From NCBI GenBank assembly GCA_964016885.1, contig OZ024741.1, positions 282,224,001 through 282,288,000 on the forward strand: a stretch of 64,000 nt of DNA. Direction: 5' to 3'. Below, piece after piece: positions 40,581-57,326 of the stretch (position 1 is its first letter; every line of letters starts with the position of its first letter). The notes under the pieces are model-generated. The model searched no databases. It was given only the letters and a program-made list of their open reading frames with translations, and was not told the DNA's origin. The DNA is from Eledone cirrhosa. Taxonomy: Eukaryota. Both the position numbers and the translations under genes were made by a program.

Positions 40581-40681
40581 ACATAATTAAATATATATAT
40601 ATATATATATATATATAATCAAATATAATAATGAAGAAGTCAGTCTATTTGAATCTTACATCATTTTATTGATTTTTAAAA

Positions 40682-40732
40682 ATATATTTCGATGGTATCT
40701 ATTATGAAATAGATACGACCTCATGAGACAGC
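40682..40732 (-). ncRNA. Decayed hammerhead, homologue of 42425-42480
   Basis: gctgt CTCATGA ggtc gtatctatt tcat aatagatac catc GAAA tata; G5 mutated and 3' strand of stem I lost. Confidence 0.55.
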
Positions 40733-40814
40733 TATTATGTAATCATTTATTCAATATGTGATATGCCCCCAGGCATGTTCTGATGTTACTCGTCTATGGC
40801 CCGGTTAACATACA

Positions 40815-41114
40815 GAGATGGAAAAATTAACTTTTAAATCATTTATAATTCCTTACACATATTTCAAGAGAATCACATATTACAAAAAGAGAATCACAAT
40901 ATTTCAAAATAATACAAAGAATGTTAGTTGAAAATTCGTATAATCAAGATCTATACATACAATATGATATACAGATATAGTTTGTACTTCTCCATCTTTA
41001 GAGGATAAAAAAAACAAACATGTCATGTCTATAATTTGATGAATAATTTGATGAATAACTCACTTGAAACATATGTAAGGAATTAAAAATGATTTAAAAG
41101 TTAATTTCTCATCT
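40815..41114. repeat. Inverted repeat with arms of about 52 bp
   Basis: aaattaacttttaaatcatttataattccttacacatatttcaag versus cttgaaacatatgtaaggaattaaaaatgatttaaaagttaattt. Confidence 0.85.
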
Positions 41115-41299
41115 ATATATTTGATTATATTTGCTCTGTGTTTATGTCTGCCTTTCCAACTTTTTCTCCTTAAAAAAAATGTACCCTTTCTTCAGACCAA
41201 TAATATATAAATATATTGAGTCTCAGAATTATCTGAAACTATTTGGCAATTATATACTATCATATATAATCTATATACATTTGAGCTTTGTATATATAT

Positions 41300-42326
41300 A
41301 TCATCATCATCATCATCAACGTTTAACGTCCGTGTTCCACGCTTGCATGGGTTTGGACGGGGGTAGTCCCACTTGAGGCAAGAGTGATTGTCTTGCTCGC
41401 ATAGGACTGTCTGGCAGGTTTTCTACAGTTGGATGCCCTTCCTAACACCAACCACATTTACAGTGTGGGTCTGGGAGGTTTTTACCGTGTTGCCTACACG
41501 GCCACATTACAGCGTGGACTGTGTGTTTTTTTGTCGTGACACCTACACGATCTCATTTGTTTTGGCCTCGATGGCGCGGCACCAACATAACTTTACATAG
41601 AACGGGGTGGTGTGGATGGGGTGGGGGTGGTGGGACGGGGTGTATTTTGTTAGAGATGCCTACTGGCTGGAGTAGGTTTTACTATATATTTAGGTAAGGC
41701 GGGTCTTCTCTGTTACTGAGTACCGCCAAAGGTCTCAGTCCAGTGACATTGTCTTGGAGAGGTGTAAGTGTGTGATGTCGGAGTTTATCAGCTCGTCCCA
41801 GGTTTTTCTAGGTCTGCCTATTCCGTGACTACCGTCTATCTTTATTGCCCTGCACTTTGTTATACAGCTATCGACTTTCATGCGCATCACGTGTCCATAC
41901 CAACGTAGCCTTCTCTCGAGTAAACAACATCTGATCCCTCTTATCTCTAATTTTTTCCTTAGTTCGTTTATGCTTTGCCGTTCACGTATATTACTGTTAC
42001 ACATCCAGCGGAGCATGCAAGCTTCGTTCCTCTCTAGTCTGCGTATATCCTCTGCACACAATGCCCAGGTCTCACTGCCATGCAGCATTGCTGTTCGTAT
42101 GCAGGCATCGTACAACCTGCCTTTCATTTTTAGTGAGAACCCTTTAGCAGCTAATAGTGGTATAAGCTCTCTGAACTTTTTCCAACCAGTTCTGACTCTA
42201 GCTACAGTACTTTCAGAGCACCCTCCCCCACTGCTGATTTTATCGCCCAGGTAACGGAAGCTGTCCACTATTTCTATAGAACCTTCTGCGCAATTGAAAG
42301 AGCTAGTAGTTTGTGGGCACTTGCTG

Positions 42327-42329
<3 letters not shown>
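41300..42329 (-). mobile_element. RTE LINE copy D, 5'-truncated
   Basis: C-terminal ORF with CGA>TGA stop, (GAT)n tail, (TA)n flanks. Confidence 0.95.
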
Positions 42330-42383
<54 letters not shown>

Positions 42384-42424
42384 CAAAACATAAGTCAATT
42401 GCATGAACTCATAATCCTTCATTT

Positions 42425-42480
42425 ACTGCTATATATATTTCAATGATAGCCATTGAATGGCTATGACCTCATCAGGCAGT
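42425..42480 (-). ncRNA. Type-I hammerhead with long stem II
   Basis: actgc CTGATGA ggtc atagccatt c aatggctat catt GAAA tatata TA gcagt; stem I actgc/gcagt. Confidence 0.78.
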
Positions 42481-44235
42481 TAGTCAGTTCTTAGATATGC
42501 CAGCTCTGTGTTTATAGTGTTGATGGTATCAGAGCCTTGATATATATATAGTTGAACAAATAAAACAAAACAAAAAGAGGGATGCAAAAATACAAAGTCT
42601 TATTTGGTTCGGTTCATGCTTAGAGGAAGTGGAGGATATTTCTATGTTTCAGACAGAAGTCTTTCACTAGGAAAGTTTGGATAGGCAGAGAACAGGGCAG
42701 GTAGATACAAGAAAGTTTGGAAAAGATAGGTGCATGAAAATTAGGAAAAGATTGTAAGGCTGGGGTGGTAGGCAAATGATTAGACATTCGGGTCAAAGTG
42801 GCAGGTCCAGACATGTCATGGGTGTGCACCGATATGATGAAATTGGTAGGTAGGCATTATTGCTTCAGTTTGTGTGAATGTCTCCGAGTTTTATACTGTT
42901 GGTGTGTGTGTGTATGTCTGAGTTCTTTGGGTTTTTTTTGCGCATGTATGTGCATATAAGTGTGCATGTGAGTGTATGTTTATGTGATGTTTTTCTATTG
43001 TTTCTATGTATATGAATGTGTACATGTGTGTATTTTCATGTGTGTCAGATAAGTATGTGTTTGTGTGTATCCACATAGACAAGACAAACACCGAGATACA
43101 AAAATACAAAGTCTTATTAGTTTCACACTTAGGAAACTATATATATACTCACACACATATATATATAGAAACGCCACTTGATGACTAATGTTAATTCCCA
43201 CTATACTTACCACCCAGACACAGAACATACCATTCTGTTATTCAAAAACAAATAAAGAAAACGACGAATTCTTCTAATTACTGATGTCGGCAGCTGATAA
43301 GAAAATACATAGTTACCTTTAAAATCATTGGCTAGAAACAGGTAAATAGATGACAAAAGCAAGTTGAAGACAAGAACACAGGAATTAAATTATTATTAAA
43401 ACAGATATTAAGAATAATGGAGTAATTTGAGTTGCAATTCATCAGTTCATCCAATATTGTTATAATGGTGTTAGGGTGGTAGAGTTCATACAATAAAAGT
43501 CTAATATATAATTGTATAGCCTGAAAACTAATGTAGAATGTAAAGTATTTTATGGAATATATCAGACAGAATAACAGCAATGTATTTAATTATTATTATT
43601 ATTATTTTTATTATTATTAAATGTCTGACTCAGAAAGTTTGGCAAGTTATTAAAGTTGTCACAAAAAAGATTAATATCTTCTAAAACATATGACTGGTAA
43701 ATCTGACATTACATTTTCTTATTAAACTATACATATCTAACATAAAAAAAATAAGCTACTTGTTTTGCTTCACCCATTGATTCATTTAATATCACAAATA
43801 TGTTCCTGGTCTTAGGTCATCAACTGTTTATGAAATCAAATAGGTGCCATGGTGACATACAGCATGACTTAAGCATTTAAAGCTCGTAAAAGTCTGAGAC
43901 CAGGTGGGTGCTATTAAGCAAGAGAATGGATAGATGATCAAAACAATCTATCAAAAACTATATGAGACTGAGTTGAATGTGTGTGAGGATAGAAACCTAT
44001 GAGCATTGCTTCTCTGAGGATCAGATATCACCATCTTTCTGAAAGTAATTTGTAACATTGGAATAGTTTTGCAGTCTTGTGTCCATGAGGACAAGCAGTA
44101 TGATGATTCTATAGAGTATGTTCTATGAAGTGGACTTTGTACAACTATTTAGATAATATAATTACACCATATCAAACAGATCAAGGCAAGACCTTCAAAT
44201 TATTATTTACTGCAGAAAGCAAGACATTTATAATG

Positions 44236-44457
44236 CAGGGTGCGTCAGTTTTTTAAGGACATTTTTTCTTGAGCTCTAACTTTCTTATTACTAATTTATT
44301 TATTTTTTAATTTTTCAGATAAGTAATGCCAGACACTAAATTGACTCAGCAAATGAAAAAGCACGCTATAATCGTTGCCCTAAAGGTACAGCATAGTGAA
44401 ACAGTGATAGCTTCCTTCTTGAAAGGTGCCTGATCCTTCATCGTCAAAGTTAGAAAA
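44236..44457 (+). mobile_element. Left-end relic of a second maT-like element
   Basis: cagggtgcg terminus; ATG 44326 gives MPDTKLTQQMKKHAIIVAL..IASFLKGA*SFIVKVRK, similar to the N-terminus of the 36737 transposase. Confidence 0.6.
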
Positions 44458-44794
44458 AAAAAAAACCTTGCATAGATCCTAGTTTTAAAAATTAAATAAA
44501 GTTTATTTGCAAGAACTTTATTAAAAAGGCTGTCAACGAGGTGAATAGAATTCTTTTCCTATCAAATATTTAATATATAATAAGAAAGATTTATGAGAAA
44601 CCATATCCAAATATGGGACATATGAGCAAGATGTGGTTATCTGACCGGTCTAGTCTCAGAGAGTGTTAACCTTCCCAATATAAAAAGCAAACAGATGATG
44701 ATATTTAAATACACACATGCTTTTTCTCAAAAAAATGTTTTCCTTCCTCTTCTCACTCTCTATTTTTCTATTTCATCTTTTATTTTTCATTCTA

Positions 44795-44830
44795 TTTTCT
44801 TATGAAGGACTAGTGTCCAAAACGTAAATA
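44795..44830 (+). ncRNA. Decayed hammerhead, same family as 9535-9570
   Basis: CTTATGA a ggac tagt gtcc AAAA cgta; flanks homologous to the 9.5-kb copy. Confidence 0.5.
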
Positions 44831-44855
44831 CTCTTTTCCAACTATATCAAGCATT

Positions 44856-45806
44856 AAATATGCAGATGACATCAAGCTGTACCTTGAAGATAAAAAGGTC
44901 AGATCCTGAACACTATAGATCTTTCCTGCAATCAGACCTGGACACAATGCAACAATGGATCACGGACTGGCAACTCAAGTTGGCTGTGGCCAAATGTACC
45001 ACCATGCATTTTGGGAGTAAAAACCCAGCGTCCACATACTCCCTCCACAACACTAATATCAAGAAGTCTTCTTGTAAACGTGACCTGGGCATTACTATCA
45101 GCAGCGATTTGTGTTGGATGAAGCATGTCTCTAAAATTGTCAAGAAGGCCGAGGGTGTCTTAGCATCACTCAACAAGACCTTTGTCAGCCGCTCTCCAGC
45201 TATCTATTTAAGGCTGTATATAGCTATGGTGCAGCCACAATTAGAATTTGCATCACCAGTCTGGAACGCCTATCTTGTTCAGAATATTGACCGCCTGGAA
45301 ACTGTTCAGAGATGATCAACCAAGCGAATACCCTCCATCAGGCATCTACCAGACTCTGAACGCATTGCTTCCCTAGGCATGGATACATTGAAGCTCCGAC
45401 GTCTGGCAACTGACTTGGTAAACACCCACAAAATTATTAACCATCTTGCCAACAACAAGCCTGAGCACCTTTTTGATTTCCATGTGTCTAACACACGTGG
45501 GCATGCCTGCATGCCTACAAATTCAGAAAACAGCACAGCTCGCATGATTTTCGGAAAGCATGGAACAAACTACCTGCATCAGTTGTTAGTTGCCGAGACA
45601 CTGCATCCTTTAAAACCTCCATGCTTCCTGAGATTCCCTAACACTATACCTGATATTCCCCCTCCATACACACACACACATGTATTTCATGACTCGTACA
45701 CTGTTCCTTTTCCTGGCATTTGTACATTATTCTATGTACTATACATGGACCTTTGATGAGTTGTAGTACACCTGAGCACTGAACACAATAATTTCATTAT
45801 TATTAT
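44856..45806 (+). mobile_element. CR1-group LINE 3' fragment
   Basis: KYADDIKLY, LQSDLD..W..WQLKLAVAKC, RDLGI, LEFASPVW, LETVQR, LKLRRLATDL, TRGH; (ATT)n tail. Confidence 0.88.
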
Positions 45807-46997
45807 TTAATATATCACTTCATTGTGCTGTGTTGTTTGCTTTGTTGTTTCTGTTTAATTTTTGTATATATTTCAAAGTATGTGAGTTTATTGTAAGCTG
45901 CTACAATTGAATAGTCAAAACAAGTTGGATATATAAATCTCAAGAGATGGAAAAAAAGTGGAGTCAAACTTAATATAAATGCTTGACTTCTATGTTATGT
46001 ATCAATTGCTTTTTACTTTCGTTTATATCTAGGACTGTGTGTGTGTGTATATATCATCATCATCACCGTTTTACGTCCGTTCTTCCACGCTAGCATGGGT
46101 TAGACGAGTTGTCCTGTTGTGGGCAGTGTCCGGTCGGCTGACCTTGTCTTGCTCATACGGGAACTGATTCTGGCTTGATTTCTACAGCTGGATACCCTTC
46201 CTAACACCAACCTCATTTACAGTGAGTGCTGGGTGCTTTTTTTCCGTGGCGCCTACACGTCCACTTTACAGTGTGGGCTGGGTGCTTTTTTGCCGTGGCA
46301 CCTCCACAACAACTTTGCAGTGGGAGGGTGTGGGGGCATAATGAGATCAATTCAGCAGAAATGAATATTCATGTTAAGTTGATTGAAATGTTCATCAATT
46401 AATTAAATAATCTAATGTAATTTAATCCTGGTTATTTTTATTCATATATATATATATATAATGATTGGAGGACTGCGAGGCTGTGTCAGGGATATTTTTT
46501 CTGAACACGTTATTAAAATAAGTTGGATTTCTTTGAATAAATCATGAATGAATATGTAATTTATCTACTAAATTTCGTAGCTCTTGATTAAACATAAATA
46601 TTCTTATATATAATGATTGCTTATTTTAAGATTCACTTCTTTAAAATTTTCAAATGTCTACACTTCCGGTTCGCATCTGTTATACCATAACACTTATCAC
46701 ATCACTTATATAAATGTTCATATATTTGCATGGTTATATAACCTTTATATTTCTGTAGCTAATTTTCTCCTTTTCCATTTTTAGAACATTTTGCTGTAAT
46801 GCAGTTTATATATAATATCATCTTTTTAAATGTATCATGGATTACTTTACTGATGACAGAAGAGTGTAACAGTCTCTTTTCAATTTCTGTGCATATAGTC
46901 AATTATGATTTTATTTGATGTATCATATCTACATGCATATATTTGCATATAATATCAATATGCATACTACACATGCTAGCAAAAAACTAGTATATAT

Positions 46998-47428
46998 AAT
47001 TAAGGTGTTCACTCCAACATAGTTGTATACATATAAGTATGTATATTTTGTATATCTAACAATATACAATGTTTATGAATAAACATTTGAAAACCTTTAG
47101 CTATGAATTTTGGAAGCTGATGACACAGAGCCGTCTAGCGGATTCCAGCAGAAGCAGGGGCGGGTAACTAAGGATGATCGTTTCTGACTGGTCTTTATCA
47201 AGATAGTGCTCCTTTACCCTGCTCTCTGCTGGAACTCAATACAGGCAAAAACATAGTTTTGAGACCTATGAACATGGGCTGATTAGCCTAATTTGTATAT
47301 GGAGTTGTCGGCTGGCTTGGCCTGAAAATAGAATTAAGGTGTTTGTTCCAACATAGCTGTATATATTTCAAATGTACTGTATATCGTTAGATATACAAAA
47401 TACATATACTTATGTGCATACAGCTATG
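46998..47428. mobile_element. 334-bp unit with terminal direct repeat, inverted copy and internal GC-rich hairpin (candidate HHR element)
   Basis: aattaaggtgtt..ccaacatag.tgtata at 46998 and 47332; 47018-47068 inverted at 47378-47428; hairpin 47143-47234. Confidence 0.6.
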
Positions 47429-47712
47429 CATATGTGTGTGTGCAGGCATCATTGTGTGATACCCTATGCAAAGTATCTTTGATTTCGGCCTTGAGGTGAC
47501 CAATGTCCTGGGAGTCGAATTTATATATATCATCATAATCATCATCATCATTGTTTTTATGCTGACCTTCCCATTGAGGCAATGTTTTACAACCAGAAGC
47601 CCTCCCTGACACTAACCCTTTCAGTCACTTCTTATAACATACACAGGTACAGCGTACTAATTCTAATATATATAGATATATATATATATACATATGTATA
47701 TATATACATATG

Positions 47713-47817
<105 letters not shown>

Positions 47818-47824
47818 GTATATA

Positions 47825-47884
<60 letters not shown>

Positions 47885-47885
<1 letters not shown>

Positions 47886-50641
47886 CCCTCCCCCATGAAG
47901 AATGCACCTCCCAACATAGACTGATAATTAGCGACCTCATAGTCAGGACGAGATGTACTCGACAGCAGAAGAGGACTATCCTCAGGAGAAAAATATGGAA
48001 GCTAAAGGACCCCACAGCCAGGAATAAATTTCAAAGCATATTACTTGATGCTTTCGACAGTAAGGAAGAACATTTAGAGTCGGACAATATAGAGGGAGAG
48101 TGGGAATTTCTGAAAGCAAACCTGCTGTTGGCGACAGACGAAGTCTGTGGCTGGAGCAGGCCTGTAGGCAGGAGGAGAGTAACATGGCGGTGGAACAGTA
48201 AGGTGGAGGGGTCAATTAAGGCCAAATAGCAGGCTTGGAAAGTATGGCGGGATGGGGGAAGTAGAGAAGACTATCAAGTGGCCAGGAGGGAAGCTAGGAG
48301 ACAAGTGTACTTAGCAAGAAGGGAAGCTGAGGAAAGAAAGTTCAAGCATGTTCTACAACGCGATGACCAAAAACGTGAGGTGTTCAGGATTGCTAGGCAA
48401 TGCGTCAAGGAAAACCGTGATATTGTCGGGGAGAAGTGTGTACTAAACGACGATGGCACACTTGCCATCACCGACGCTGATAAGAAGGTAGCTTGGAAGT
48501 GTCACTATGAAAGGCTACTAAATGAGGAGAATAAATGGGAGAAAGACAGTCTCCCCCATATCGACCCAATAGAGGGACCAGCAGTGTTAGTCGAGGGGAG
48601 TATAATAAGTAAGGCAATCAAGGATATGAAGACGGGTAAGGCGGCTGGGCTTTCGGAAATAGTTGCTGAGATGCTGAAGGCATCTGGCACGGTGGGACAC
48701 ACCATGGTCACCCGCATAGTTAACCAAGTCGTACAGAATGGGGTTGTTCCGAAGGACTGGCATAGCAGCATCATCGTTAACTGTTATAAGGGTAAAGGAG
48801 ACGCCCTAGATAGGAGTAACTATAGAGGCATTAAATTAATCGACCAGGTCATGAAGGTCACGGAAAAAGTAATAGCGCAACTAATCAGAGAGAGAATTGA
48901 CCTAGATGAAATGCAGTTCGGGTTTGTGTCAGGCAAAAGTACCACAGACGCTCTTTTCATAGTACGACAACTACAGGAGAAGTACCTAGCTAAAGGTAAA
49001 CCCCTCTACTTAGCTTTTGTCGACTTGGAGAAAGCCTTCGACAGAGTCCCCCGCTCCATTATCTGGTGGGCTCTTAGAAAACTAGGCGTTGACGAATGGC
49101 TTGTGAGGGCTATACAAGCCATTTATAAAGAAACAGTCAGCAAGGTTAGAATTAACAACGAATATAGTGAAGAGTTTAGCGTAAAAGTTGGCGTCCATCA
49201 GGGCTCTGTTCTCAGCCCACTACTATTTATTATTGCCCTTCAGGCTATAACAGAGGAGTTCAAGACAGGCTGCCCATGGGAACTCCTATACGCAGACGAC
49301 CTGACACTCATAGCGGAATCAATGGCCGAGCTAGAGAAGAAATTCCAAACATGGAAGCACGGCCTAGAGTCAAAAGGACTTAAAATTAACCTGGCTAAGA
49401 CCAAAGTACTAGTTTGTAGGAAAGAAAACAAGGCGGCGGTCCCTTCTGGGAAATGGTCGTGCTCGGTGTGTAGGAAAGGCGTAGGTAGAAACTCCATTTT
49501 ATGTCCTAAATGCAAAGTATGGGTGCATAAAAGATGTAGTGGGATCACAGGTAAGCTAACTAAGAACATAGATTTTACATGTGGCCGGTGTTCTGGTGCA
49601 ATAAGTAGCAGCAAGTGCCCACAAAATACTAGCTCTTTCAATTGCGCAGAGGGTTCTATAGAAATAGCGGACAGCTTCCGTTACCTGGGCGATAAAATCA
49701 GCAGTGGGGGAGGGTGCTCTGAAAGTACTGTAGCTAGAGTCAGAACTGGTTGGAAAAAGTTCAGAGAGCTTATACCACTATTAGCTGCTAAAGGGTTCTC
49801 CCTAAAAATGAAAGGCAGGTTGTACGATGCCTGCATACGAACAGCAATGCTGCATGGCAGTGAGACCTGGGCATTGTGTGCAGAGGATATACGCAGACTA
49901 GAGAGGAACGAAGCTTGCATGCTCCGCTGGATGTGTAACAGTAATATACGTGAACGGCAAAGCATAAACGAACTAGGGAAAAAATTAGAGATAAGAGGGA
50001 TCAGATGTTGTTTACTCGAGAGAAGGCTACGTTGGTATGGACACGTGATGCGCATGAAAGTCGATAGCTGTATAACAAAGTGCAGGGCAATAAAGATAGA
50101 CGGTAGTCACGGAATAGGCAGACCTAGAAAAACCTGGGACGAGCTGATAAACTCCGACATCACACACTTACACCTCTCCAAGACAATGTCACTGGACCGA
50201 GACCTTTGGCGGTACTCAGTAACAGAGAAGACCCGCCTTACCTAAATATATAGTAAAACCTACTCCAGCCAGTAGGCATCTCTAACAAAATACACCCCGT
50301 CCCACCACCACCACCCCCACCCCATCCACACCACCCCGTTCTATGTAAAGTTATGTTGGTGCCGCGCCATCGAGGCCGAAACAAATGAGATCGTGTAGGT
50401 GTCACGACAAAAAAACACACAGTCCACGCTGTAATGTGGCCGTGTAGGCAACACGGTAAAAACCTCCCAGACCCACACTGTAAATGTGGTTGGTGTTAGG
50501 AAGGGCATCCAACTGTAGAAAACCTGCAAGACAGTCCTATGCGAGCAAGACAATCACTCTTGCCTCAAGTGGGACTACCCCCGTCCAAACCCATGCAAGC
50601 GTGGAACACGGACGTTAAACGTTGATGATGATGATGATGAT
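47885..50641 (+). mobile_element. RTE LINE copy E (longest; starts at the end of the AP-endonuclease domain; one stop at 48227-48229)
   Basis: [13 protein letters not shown] motif, 655-aa RT ORF 48278-50245, (GAT)n tail, long (TA)n flanks. Confidence 0.96.
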
Positions 50642-50675
50642 ATATATATACATATGTATGTATATATATATATAC

Positions 50676-50756
<81 letters not shown>

Positions 50757-51208
50757 CATATATACATATATACATATGTATATATATATATACATATGTA
50801 TCTAAACGATCGACTTTCGTCAAATCGGACCGAGGGAACAATGTTTCCGTTGGTCTTTCCAATTGCTAATACTATCTATCGGTCGCAACTCCAGGTAGAA
50901 AGAGCAACGTGAAATAAAGTGTCTTGCTCAAGGACATAACGCATCGCCTGGTCCAGGAATCGAACTCACAACCTTACGATTGTGAATCCAATTCTCTAAC
51001 CACTCAGCCACACGCCTTCACATACATATGTATATATATATATATATATACATATGTATATATATATGTATTAGAAAGTGAGGTTTTTTTTACAAAATGA
51101 AAAATAACCGAGGTGTCCTACACGAGTGAAAGTATAAAGAAAAAGAGATGAAATCGAAAATGCAACTGAAGTCTTATTTAAAAAAAAAATATATATATTT
51201 ATTTGGTT

Positions 51209-51246
51209 CCTTTACCGATTTCGCAGTTCTTCTGCTTTTCAAAATG
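51209..51246 (-). ncRNA. Minimal hammerhead with U3-A8 core variant
   Basis: catt TTGAAAA gcag aagaa ctgc GAAA tcgg TA aagg, followed by AATAAA on the same strand. Confidence 0.68.
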
Positions 51247-51276
51247 TGAGTTGAGATGGAGGGTCTGTGGTTTTTA

Positions 51277-53213
<1,937 letters not shown>

Positions 53214-53249
53214 GTAGACGCGTTCTTGAGAGACTAGTAAAATGAGGTA

Positions 53250-53337
53250 TCCTCTTGATAAGTCGGCAGACCTCGCAGGGACTCTATGTCTTTGATATAT
53301 TGTTTTTGTTTATGCCACGAAACTACGTAGTCGAGGA
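53250..53337 (+). ncRNA. Hammerhead with U3-A8 core and large stem-II insert
   Basis: tcctc TTGATAA gtcggca [44 nt] tgccac GAAA ctacgtag TC gagga; stem I tcctc/gagga, palindromic stem III, GUC site after 53332. Confidence 0.75.
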
Positions 53338-53612
53338 ATTTAGGAACAGTTTAGGTATGATACATTTTATTACTAATTATATCTAAATGTTTCTTCTCTC
53401 TTCATAATGTATTTTTAACTCTGATACTGGTTCAGTCTAGTTCAAACTGAATTGGTCTGTCCCAGTCATTCATTGAGCAACATCGGTGAAGTTGGCACCC
53501 TTAACTCACAGTTGGGTGCGGATGCATTCATGTATATATGTGTGTCCCCGCATGTATCTGTGTGTTTCTAAATATATATGTATATATATATGGATATATA
53601 TATATATATGTA

Positions 53613-54813
<1,201 letters not shown>

Positions 54814-54838
54814 GACAGATACCCCTAATAGTATCTGA

Positions 54839-55530
54839 CAGATACCCCTAAGCGGCCACCTGGCAACATGTGGTCAGGGAATATTTATAATATTCCCATT
54901 CTACAAATTACACAGCCCAAGTGAAATCAAGAGAAAAATCAAAGAAAAGAATTTTATTGATAAATTCAAACCCAAGCTAAATGAACAATAATAACGCCTA
55001 GGGGTATTACTTCTACTACCACTATGACCACGACCATTAACAACAACAACAACAATAATAATAATAATAAAAGTGATGTTGATGATTAATAGAAAATGCT
55101 ATTTTCATCATTTCAAAAAAAAAAAAACAATTGATACGTTGGATATGACTATTGGTCGTTAGCATGCTCAACCAACCGTGACGCTTAAACCAATCAGCTG
55201 TAGTAATTCAGTGAAACTACACACTGATTGGTCGAAATACAGTTTACAGGGCTTTGCATTCTGGAGCCACTTTTCTCTGTATAAAATGTATAAAAGGTAG
55301 GAAATTTACCCATCTCATTACAGTTGAAAATTACAAACTCGACTGTCACCACATATCATGAACCTGAAGATTGCGAAAGCATGAAAGTACTTGTTCAATT
55401 AACACTTAGAATTTAATATTCTATCATACTATTTCATTATAATACCATTATATATATTTTAAAGGATTGTAAATAAAACGAGTAAATCAGACAAAGTTGG
55501 AATTCCTCTTATTAATATAATCTTCTATAC
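54839..55530 (+). mobile_element. 3' end of a second, unrelated Penelope-like element
   Basis: 54839-54991 encodes QIPLSGHLATCGQGIFIIFPFYKLHSPSEIKRKIKEKNFIDKFKPKLNEQ* (GIY-YIG C-terminus), followed by a UTR, an HHR and AATAAA. Confidence 0.8.
55359..55397 (+). ncRNA. Minimal type-I hammerhead
   Basis: tgaac CTGAAGA t tgc gaaa gca t GAAA gtac TT gttca; stem I tgaac/gttca, palindromic stem III. Confidence 0.82.
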
Positions 55531-55560
55531 ACAATCATACACACCCGTGTATATTTACCT

Positions 55561-57260
<1,700 letters not shown>

Positions 57261-57326
57261 AGGTCAGAGAGGAGGCACTGATAGAGAAGATCAGAAGTGT
57301 GGAGAGAGCGGTGGAGAGAGCGGTGG

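Noticed and set aside
46845-46880. ctgatga motif
   Set aside because: No GAAA and no convincing stems; the same applies to motifs near 12211, 33820 and 62403.
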